The notes under the pieces: generated by a model | What the model was told of the DNA's origin: nothing | What the model saw: the letters and a program-made list of their open reading frames with translations, nothing else | The model's database searches: none | Made by a program: the position numbers and the translations under genes | Source of the DNA: Methanomassiliicoccales archaeon | GTDB lineage: Archaea > Thermoplasmatota > Thermoplasmata > RBG-16-68-12 > SOIM01 | Reading direction: 5' to 3' | DNA: 64,000 nt | Assembly (NCBI GenBank): GCA_030593885.1 | Contig: JAUVGH010000001.1 | Location: forward strand, 40,463 to 104,462 | Shown here: in pieces, positions 57,285 through 64,000 of the stretch | How the letters are laid out: every line of letters starts with the position of its first letter | How positions within the stretch are numbered: position 1 is the first letter of the stretch

Positions 57285-58766
57285 ATGGCGCTTGAGATCC
57301 ACCTGATATCGCTCATCCTCGTCTTCCCGATAGTCGGCGCGTTGCTGACCTACATCCTCCCGCTCAAGAACAGGGACACGAAGATAGTGGCCGTGGTCAT
57401 GTCCATCATACCCCTGATACTGTCCACGATGCTCATTCTGGGCGTTCTAACTGACTTCGTCGATCTTACCCAGGAAGGCGATTTCTTTGCGGTCGAGAAG
57501 GCTGAATGGATACCCCAGGTGGGCATAAACTACCACATCGGTGCGGACGCCCTTTCTGCAGTACTGGTATTCCTGACATCTCTTTTGGTCACACTGGCAC
57601 TGATTCATTCTTGGGATGAGACCCATCGCCACAGGGAATTCAACGCGATGCTGCTGTTCATGCAAACCACAATCATCGGGGTGTTCGTCTCTCTCGATTC
57701 CTTCCTCTTCTTCATGTTCTGGGAGGTCGGTCTTGTACCGATGTACTTCCTGATCGCCATCTGGGGCGGTCCCAACAAGAAGTATGCGGCCATCAAGTTC
57801 TTCCTGTTCACTCAAGCGGCCAGCATTTTGGTGCTGATAGGGATCTTCGCGTTCTGGTTCTCCTCCGACCCGCACACGTTCAGCATGGTCGCTTTCATCG
57901 AGAACAATCCGATAGGAGCTGCTTCTCAGGACCTGCTGTTCATCGTCATGATGTTCGGGTTCGGAACCAAGTTACCCATGGTGCCAGTGCATACGTGGTT
58001 ACCTGATGCGCATGTCGAAGCGCCTACCGCTGGGTCTGTACTTCTTGCCGGCGTTTTGCTGAAGATGGGCGGCTACGGTCTCATTAGGTTCAACGTCCAG
58101 ATGTTCGATTCGGTGTCCGACTGGGTCTGGGTGATGTTCGGTGCCATTGGTGTAATAAGCATGGTGTACGGCGCGTTCGTCTGCCTCGCTCAGGACGACC
58201 TGAAGAGGATGATCGCCTTCTCCAGCATCAGCCACATGGGCATAGTGATGTTGGGGATATCAACCTGGGCTTTGGGCGGAAGCCAAATCGGAATGGCGGG
58301 CGCGATATTCCAGCTGTTTGCACACGGCCTCATCTCAGCGGCGTTGTTCATGATCGCAGGTTCTGTTGGACACAACCTTGGAACCAGGAACATATCTGAG
58401 TTAGGGGGGATTGCTCCAAAGGTTCCAAAGACAGCAGGGTTCATGATGGTGGCGTTCCTGGCGTCTTTAGGCTTACCTGGTCTGGTAGGGTTCGTAGCGG
58501 AGCTGAGCGTCTTCGTGGGAACCTGGGAGGCGTTCGGCCTGTGGATATTCTTCCCGATAATCTCTATCGCATTGACGGCTGGATACTACCTCTTCGCCAT
58601 GCAAAGGGCCATCTTCGGTCCGTACAATGAGACGTTGGAGGATCCAAAGGACCTCAGGACCTTCGAGACCGTTCCGTTGGCCGTGCTGACATTCACATTC
58701 GTCCTCTTCGGCATCCTTCCGATTCTGCTCATGGATAAGATATTCGAGTGGGTGGCCGCCTTATGA
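57285..58766 (+). CDS. nuoM: Nuo/Fpo-like complex subunit M, copy 2 (tandem paralog)
   Basis: FFMFWEVGLVPMYFLIAIWGGPNKKYAAIKF, HTWLPDAHVEAPTAGSVLLAGVLLKMGGYGL. Confidence 0.9.
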   Translation: MALEIHLISLILVFPIVGALLTYILPLKNRDTKIVAVVMSIIPLILSTMLILGVLTDFVDLTQEGDFFAVEKAEWIPQVGINYHIGADALSAVLVFLTSLLVTLALIHSWDETHRHREFNAMLLFMQTTIIGVFVSLDSFLFFMFWEVGLVPMYFLIAIWGGPNKKYAAIKFFLFTQAASILVLIGIFAFWFSSDPHTFSMVAFIENNPIGAASQDLLFIVMMFGFGTKLPMVPVHTWLPDAHVEAPTAGSVLLAGVLLKMGGYGLIRFNVQMFDSVSDWVWVMFGAIGVISMVYGAFVCLAQDDLKRMIAFSSISHMGIVMLGISTWALGGSQIGMAGAIFQLFAHGLISAALFMIAGSVGHNLGTRNISELGGIAPKVPKTAGFMMVAFLASLGLPGLVGFVAELSVFVGTWEAFGLWIFFPIISIALTAGYYLFAMQRAIFGPYNETLEDPKDLRTFETVPLAVLTFTFVLFGILPILLMDKIFEWVAAL

Positions 58767-60295
58767 CCTACTCAGTTCTGTCCCCGATATTCATCCTCCT
58801 GGCGTTCTCCTTTGCGATAATGATCTTGAGCGTCTTCGTGAAGAGCCAGCGGAGATACTTCGCCTACATGACGCTTGTCGGGTTGATAGTTGCGCTGTTC
58901 TTGGTCTTGGACATGGCGGGACTTTCTTTCACGAGCGCGATGGGTCTGGATCTTTGGTCTGCCCCCGTTGACGTGTACTTCTCGGATCTGAAGATCAAGG
59001 TGGATTCGTTCTCTCTGTTCCTGTACATGATATTCATCTTCGTTGGGATCCTGGTCACGATCGGGTCCATCTCGTACATCGATAAGGAGGAGAAATACAG
59101 GGCGGAATACTTCTCTTTGATGCTGCTGGCCTTGGTCGGCATGATGCTCATTGCATCTGCGACGGATTTGTTCGTGTTATATCTCTCGTTCGAGTTAGCT
59201 AGCATTTCCACATATGCCTTGGCGGCGTTCCAGAGGAAGGACAAGGCATCCGCGGAGGCTGGATTGAAGTTCTTCTTGATGGGTGCGGTTTCGTCTGCGA
59301 TCGCTCTGTTCGGCATCTCGATCATCTATGGTGTAACGGCATTTGCAGGTGGAGCTACCACCGACCTCGCTGGGATCTCTGATGCGCTGGCCGTTGGCCT
59401 GACCATGGAAGGAATGACCATCCCGATTATCTTGGGGATTGTTCTTCTGATCGCTGGCTTTGGATTCAAGATAGCAGTGGTCCCGTTCCATATGTGGGCG
59501 CCCGACGTTTATCAAGGCAGTCCCACGACGATATCTGCCCTCCTTGCAGCTGGTTCGAAGAAAGGCGGTTTCGCGGCGTTCTTCAAGATATTCCTGTTAG
59601 GGCTGATCGCAGCCAGAATGGAATGGGTGTTCCTTGTCGCGGTCCTCGCAGTTGTCACCATGGTGGTTGGTAATGTTTTAGCGATTGTCCAGACCGACCT
59701 GAAGAGGATGTTGGCATATTCCAGCATTGCGCATGCGGGTTACATTCTAATCGCCGTTTGCGTAGGCACGTTGGCGGCGGACCCGGCGACTCTCAGTATC
59801 GCCCAATACGGTCTTGCTGGCGGTCTTTACCACATGCTTACCCACGCTTTGATGACGGGCGGGGCGTTCTTGGTCGTTGCTTTGACCGCGATGGCGAAGA
59901 TAGGTGACAATCTCAATGACTACAAAGGACTGTACAAACGGATGCCTATTGTCGCGTTCTGCATGATGGTGCTACTTCTGGCGCTGGCCGGTATTCCACC
60001 GTTGGGAGGATTCTTCAGCAAGTTCGTTCTGTTCTCTTCTGCGGTGAACGCCGGGGATTGGTTCGTCTGGTTGGCGGTCGCCGGTGTGTTGAACAGTGCT
60101 ATCTCCTTGTACTATTACGCCCGGGTGATCAAGTACATGTACATACTGGAAGGACCGGACGAGACGAAGGTGAAGGCACCAACTGGTCTTTACATCGCTG
60201 TGATACTCGCGACGGTTGGGATCGTGATCACTGGTCTACTTGCAGAGCCAATAATCAGGTTCGCTCAGGATGCGGCGGCTGCCTTGCTCGGTTAG
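58763..60295 (+). CDS. nuoN: Nuo/Fpo-like complex subunit N
   Basis: ATG 58763 forms an ATGA overlap with the nuoM2 stop; the track uses GTG 58748. ..LYLSFELASISTYALA.., ..PFHMWAPDVYQGSPT.., ..KRMLAYSSIAHAGY.. Confidence 0.9.
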   Translation: MTYSVLSPIFILLAFSFAIMILSVFVKSQRRYFAYMTLVGLIVALFLVLDMAGLSFTSAMGLDLWSAPVDVYFSDLKIKVDSFSLFLYMIFIFVGILVTIGSISYIDKEEKYRAEYFSLMLLALVGMMLIASATDLFVLYLSFELASISTYALAAFQRKDKASAEAGLKFFLMGAVSSAIALFGISIIYGVTAFAGGATTDLAGISDALAVGLTMEGMTIPIILGIVLLIAGFGFKIAVVPFHMWAPDVYQGSPTTISALLAAGSKKGGFAAFFKIFLLGLIAARMEWVFLVAVLAVVTMVVGNVLAIVQTDLKRMLAYSSIAHAGYILIAVCVGTLAADPATLSIAQYGLAGGLYHMLTHALMTGGAFLVVALTAMAKIGDNLNDYKGLYKRMPIVAFCMMVLLLALAGIPPLGGFFSKFVLFSSAVNAGDWFVWLAVAGVLNSAISLYYYARVIKYMYILEGPDETKVKAPTGLYIAVILATVGIVITGLLAEPIIRFAQDAAAALLG

Positions 60296-60349
60296 TTCTT
60301 GTGGGTGGACAGAAAGGTTTTTTTGGGCTGTCGTTGATTGCTGACGAAA

Positions 60350-60438
60350 GGGCCTGTGGTCTAGTGGCCTATGACGTCACCCTTACAATCTCCGGATGAG
60401 AAAGGTGAATATCGGCGGTTCAAATCCGCCCAGGCCCA
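60350..60438 (+). tRNA. tRNA-Val (anticodon TAC) with a ~15-nt intron at the canonical 37/38 position
   Basis: Hand fold, in order:
- acceptor stem GGGCCTG/CAGGCCC with discriminator A
- D arm GTCT-AGTGGCCTA-TGAC
- anticodon stem TCACC/GGTGA, interrupted after CTTACA(A) by ATCTCCGGATGAGAA (~60388-60402); anticodon TAC at 60384-60386
- variable loop ATATC
- T arm GGCGG-TTCAAAT-CCGCC
No encoded CCA. Confidence 0.85.
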
Positions 60439-60551
60439 TCTACTACGTCTTCCCAGACAATCGAACGAAGAAACCTACTTATATCCTCGAATTGATTTGA
60501 CTTCCGTCCAGTTGAGGGATCTTACAGCATCTTTCAGGCAGAGGGATTGTA

Positions 60552-62999
60552 TTGGACGTTGGAACAGGGATTGAGCCTTCACAGGAGAAGCCTCCACCGC
60601 ATCCAAACCGAAAGTTCATGTACGGTCTTGGAGGTCTTGTCGCAGGGCTTGTCGCAGTGACTCTCATTCTATCTGTCGTATTGTCTCCGTTAGTCCCGGG
60701 ACCAAAGGAAGACAAAGGAGAAGACATTGGAGAGGCCACCATGTATTGGTCTCTCGACACGGAACTTCCCAACATAGGCGCAGGAGATCCGATCAAGCAC
60801 AACATCGCATTTCGGGTTAAGGCCGCAGGCGCTCAGGCTCTAGTATCCGACAGGATTTACGTTCCGTCCGGAAACAAGCTCTTGGCGCTCAGATCCTCAG
60901 ATGGCCAACCCGCGTGGTATGTGGGCTCCGGGCAAATCCCTGCCCCTTACTTTGAGACCGCATCCGAGATCAGTGCAGACCCGATATCGGTCAATCTCGG
61001 CAATCAATACGATCCCCACGATTCAGAATTCATGGTTTACGTAGGAACAAACGATGGAACGGTGTACTTCATCCGCGAGTCTCAGGAGATTCACCCGATA
61101 CAAATGACCTCGCCGTTTCCCGAAGATGTCATCGAAGTTCTTGGACAGGGTTCCATAACCTCGCTGGCGGTTTACACCGACGCATCATATGGAAATCACC
61201 CATCTGAGAGAGTCTTCTTCGGCACATCCGATGGATGGTTGTACGCATATCCCGCTGAGATCGACTTCGTCTCCCGAAATGACGATACCTGGTTCTATGA
61301 TTTTGCCAGTGATGAATGGGTAAAGGGCTCTTCCGATGAAAACCCCTTCAGGAGGATTGGCCATTCTCTGGTTTATGATTCTGCCAGAGACCGAGTCCTA
61401 CTCTTTGGTGGCGAAGGATCTGGCACGAACACAGAGATGTGGTTTCTCGATCCAGCTTCGAATTGGAGGACAGTGGAAGCCCCTTTCGATACTGTCCCCA
61501 TCCCAGTGGACAATCCAGCCGCAGTCTATTATGAGGCAACTGATTCCATTCTCCTTTTCGGAGGAGAGAGCGCTCTTGGCGACAGCTATCAACCTCTTAT
61601 GTTGAACCTCACTCTAATGGAATTGGTACGCCTCTCACCCAGTCCCCCGCCATCGGGAAGACACGGTCATCAGATGGTATACAACTCTCAAGATCACATC
61701 GCCTTCCTATTTGGGGGGTTCAGTAACACTCCGTCCTCGGATTTCACCAAACTTTACAGCATGGATAATGATACTTGGTGGCTGTCGGATGCTCCTGACC
61801 CAGACCGGAGGTTCGATCATTCTATGACTTATGATTCCAGCAATAATAGAGCGGTTCTTTTTGGCGGCTCGGACGAGAGCCAACTGTTCAACGACACCTG
61901 GGTGTACAATTTCCAGAATTACTCTTGGGATCAGATAATCACCGATCCCTCCCCTTCAGCTAGAAAGAACCATTCCATGGCGTTTGATCCCTCGTCCGGT
62001 TCCGTGCTCTTGTTCGGTGGTGAGGGCGACGCTAGCCGATATGACGACACATGGATCTTCGATGTCTCGACTCAAGAATGGCAGAAGATGAATCCCTCCA
62101 CAACGCCCTCCGCAAGGTTTGGACACAGTATCACCGTGGATGAATCTACAGGCAAAGCCGTTCTTTTCGGTGGGGACGATGGAATATCTGGCGAGATCTG
62201 GAAGCGAAAACTGGGGAACTCACCAATCAGAATGGCCGGAGTCCCACTCGAATCCCCGACCGACCCGAACTTCTCCCCCGCGGTAAACAACAATGGAACC
62301 ATCCTTGTTGTCAATGTTGGGAGTCTCCGAGCAGTGTGGACGCAGAATGGCTTGGATGCATGGGGTGAACGGTCGGACGCCCCTCACATACAATCCGGCG
62401 CAGTGAACATCGGTGGGAACTGGAGCTCCGAGCCTGCTATAATCCCCCCAAGTATGTACGAGGGTCAATTCCTCGATCTGACACTTGTCGGATCCGGGGA
62501 TGGTTGGCTTTATGCTTTCTCGACCTGGGACGGAACCGTTCTCAACCATTGGAAGAGAATGGGGAAGCTGAATCCCGACACCTACATCCACGGAATTCAC
62601 CTGAGAAAAATGTCAGGCAAATATGATGATGGCGCTCTCGGTAGACCCGTGGCGTTTGGAGACTGGATCTTTGTCAGCTCCGCATCTAAATTGGTCTACT
62701 GCTTGAATGTTGGCGAGTCTGAGTTCGGCAAGATTGTCTGGAAAGTGGACACATTCGGGGCGGTCTCTGGCAACATTTACTTTGTCCGCCAGCAAAGGGC
62801 GCTTCATTTTGTCGACCAAACGGGCAGGCTTTACGGTATAACGGATGATGGCACGATTGTTTACAGGGTGTTTCTCGGAACCACTGTATCAAGCGGAGTC
62901 TCGGTTTGGAAAGACAATGATAGTTCTCGTCCCACGCCAGCGGTGTGGGTTGGGGGCGATGATGGATTGATCCATAGCTATTCTTCTCCACCCTATTGA
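60552..62999 (+). CDS. TM-anchored Kelch/PQQ-like beta-propeller ectodomain protein, paralog of the OppC-like permease insertion
   Basis: TTG 60552, or ATG 60618 giving MYGLGGLVAGLVAVTLILSVVL (TM). Six Kelch-like blades (RRIGHSLVYDSARDRVLLFGG, GRHGHQMVYNSQDHIAFLFGG, RRFDHSMTYDSSNNRAVLFGG, ARKNHSMAFDPSSGSVLLFGG, ARFGHSITVDESTGKAVLFGG and others). Collinear motif matches to 37069-39600. Confidence 0.85.
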   Translation: MDVGTGIEPSQEKPPPHPNRKFMYGLGGLVAGLVAVTLILSVVLSPLVPGPKEDKGEDIGEATMYWSLDTELPNIGAGDPIKHNIAFRVKAAGAQALVSDRIYVPSGNKLLALRSSDGQPAWYVGSGQIPAPYFETASEISADPISVNLGNQYDPHDSEFMVYVGTNDGTVYFIRESQEIHPIQMTSPFPEDVIEVLGQGSITSLAVYTDASYGNHPSERVFFGTSDGWLYAYPAEIDFVSRNDDTWFYDFASDEWVKGSSDENPFRRIGHSLVYDSARDRVLLFGGEGSGTNTEMWFLDPASNWRTVEAPFDTVPIPVDNPAAVYYEATDSILLFGGESALGDSYQPLMLNLTLMELVRLSPSPPPSGRHGHQMVYNSQDHIAFLFGGFSNTPSSDFTKLYSMDNDTWWLSDAPDPDRRFDHSMTYDSSNNRAVLFGGSDESQLFNDTWVYNFQNYSWDQIITDPSPSARKNHSMAFDPSSGSVLLFGGEGDASRYDDTWIFDVSTQEWQKMNPSTTPSARFGHSITVDESTGKAVLFGGDDGISGEIWKRKLGNSPIRMAGVPLESPTDPNFSPAVNNNGTILVVNVGSLRAVWTQNGLDAWGERSDAPHIQSGAVNIGGNWSSEPAIIPPSMYEGQFLDLTLVGSGDGWLYAFSTWDGTVLNHWKRMGKLNPDTYIHGIHLRKMSGKYDDGALGRPVAFGDWIFVSSASKLVYCLNVGESEFGKIVWKVDTFGAVSGNIYFVRQQRALHFVDQTGRLYGITDDGTIVYRVFLGTTVSSGVSVWKDNDSSRPTPAVWVGGDDGLIHSYSSPPY

Positions 63000-63120
63000 T
63001 GTCGATGGTTTGGATGAGCGCTTTCGGCCATAGCCAAATTCCCATCATCCAAATCATGTGAAGGTTCTACAGAGTTCCCACTGAACGGTCTTGAATCCAA
63101 CCTGCCAACAACAAACGGTT

Positions 63121-64000
63121 CTAGACAGCTTCCATCGTGCTCGGTGGCTTGGGCGTGATATTGTAAGTGACGCTCACGACATCAGGCACTTCGTTGACCA
63201 ATCTCTCCGCGATCCTTTCCAGATTCTCATGCGGAACCCTCGTCGGAGTGGCAACTCTCGCATCCACGCTGTCCCAGCATCGAACCTCGATCTGCTGACC
63301 GTACTCCCTCTTCCCGTCTCTCATTCCCGGCACCCTGCTGTCGTGCAGGATCGCCATGTACTGGAACGCCCCGGAGTCAGCCAGTTCCTCTTCAACTATC
63401 ACCGTCGCCTTCTTGATGGTCGCCACTTTCTCCGGTGTAACTTCACCGATTATCCTCCCGGCCAATGCAGGTCCCAAGAAAGGCATCCTGTTGTAGATCT
63501 CTTCCGGCAGGCCCAAAGCGGCGGCCAACTTCCTGACCCCGTCCTTCCTGAGATGTATCAGCGGCTCCACGACGTTGTAACCGAACTCCTGCTCTGTATC
63601 GATGCCCACCTGAGTGAGGATGTTATGCTGCCTCTTGATGCCAGCGACCGTCTCGTCCACGTCCGTCAGGATCGTCCCTTGCATCAGGTGCTTTGCACCA
63701 CTGTCCCTCACCAGCTTCCCGAAGACATCCTTGTAGAACGTCCTGGTTATGGCCTCTCTCTTCTCCTCCGGGTCAGTAAGACCCTTCAAAGCTCCGTAGA
63801 ACTCCGCCTTCGCATCTATGATCTGGACATCCACGCCGAGGTTCTTGAAAACATCCCGTACGTGCTCCGGCTCCCCTTCCCTCATCATTCCGTGGTCTAT
63901 GAAGACCGTTTTGAGGTTGTCGCCCATGGCTCTGTGCCCGATCAAGGTGACAGCCGATGAATCGACCCCGCCTGAAAGGGCATTGATGCCTATTCCTTCT
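63121..64000 (-). CDS. guaA: GMP synthase, ATP-pyrophosphatase/dimerisation part; the N-terminus runs off the right edge
   Basis: The minus-strand frame is open to the window edge: ..GINALSGGVDSSAVTLIGHRAMGDNLKTVFIDHGMMREGE.. contains the SGGVDS P-loop. The C-terminus is ..VTYNITPKPPSTMEAV. The track lists only the part from an internal Met (63945). Confidence 0.88.
   Translation of the reverse strand, partial: EGIGINALSGGVDSSAVTLIGHRAMGDNLKTVFIDHGMMREGEPEHVRDVFKNLGVDVQIIDAKAEFYGALKGLTDPEEKREAITRTFYKDVFGKLVRDSGAKHLMQGTILTDVDETVAGIKRQHNILTQVGIDTEQEFGYNVVEPLIHLRKDGVRKLAAALGLPEEIYNRMPFLGPALAGRIIGEVTPEKVATIKKATVIVEEELADSGAFQYMAILHDSRVPGMRDGKREYGQQIEVRCWDSVDARVATPTRVPHENLERIAERLVNEVPDVVSVTYNITPKPPSTMEAV

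Noticed and set aside
60296-60551. Possible tRNA-linked genomic island or integration site next to the Kelch paralog
   Set aside because: I saw no integrase, no direct repeat of the tRNA 3' end and no obvious compositional break. The adjacency alone is not evidence.
63091-63960. 289-aa plus-strand ORF at the right end
   Set aside because: It is antisense to guaA, whose minus-strand product has the SGGVDS P-loop and the conserved GMP synthase C-terminus.
1-64000. CRISPR arrays, IS elements/transposases, toxin-antitoxin or known defence genes; in-frame TAG (pyrrolysine) recoding
   Set aside because: I saw no regularly spaced short repeats and no transposase, integrase or nuclease signatures in any long ORF. 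TAG is used as an ordinary terminator (for example at 11701 and 41566), with no ORF that needs read-through.

Overview
This is a 64-kb archaeal chromosomal segment. The archaeal hallmarks are read directly from the sequence: NAC, ABCE1, a ~325-nt 7S/SRP RNA, a tRNA-Val with a 37/38 intron, TATA-box promoters, and a Nuo/Fpo-like complex without NuoEFG. The gene content suggests a peptide-degrading, Thermoplasmatota-like heterotroph, but the lineage cannot be proven from this window.

Layout, left to right:
- A large secreted S8 protease on the minus strand, missing from the ORF track because it runs off the left edge.
- A KaiC-like ATPase, a wHTH gene and the SRP RNA.
- A 1576-aa membrane-anchored helical-repeat protein.
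- A second giant S8 protease with repeat, PKD and TSP3 modules and a polyproline tail.
- Housekeeping genes: NAC, ABCE1, DedA, pyrC, AMMECR1, and CBS, V4R and Roadblock proteins.
- AOR plus a polyferredoxin, then two zinc-ribbon proteins.
- An Opp/Dpp-type ABC importer locus: two paralogous anchored binding proteins, a membrane-tethered wHTH regulator, two permeases and two ATPases.
- PhoU, MFS and MATE genes.
- A Nuo/Fpo-like operon: nuoA-nuoB inverted relative to nuoC-D-H-I-J1-J2-K-L-M-M-N.
- tRNA-Val, a Kelch/PQQ-like ectodomain protein, and a partial guaA.

Most interesting observations:
1. Every component of the ABC importer carries an extra module. The OppC-like permease has a ~790-aa ectodomain that looks like a Kelch propeller nested in a PQQ-like propeller. 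A free-standing paralog of that ectodomain lies 20 kb away.
2. The giant cytoplasmic repeat protein is built from alternating A/B helical units. Its A-type unit also forms the C-termini of two nearby zinc-ribbon proteins.
3. The complex I homolog has two tandem nuoM genes, an in-frame 26-codon tandem duplication in the NuoL C-terminal region, and a four-cluster NuoI.

I saw no CRISPR array, transposase, integrase or recognisable defence gene.
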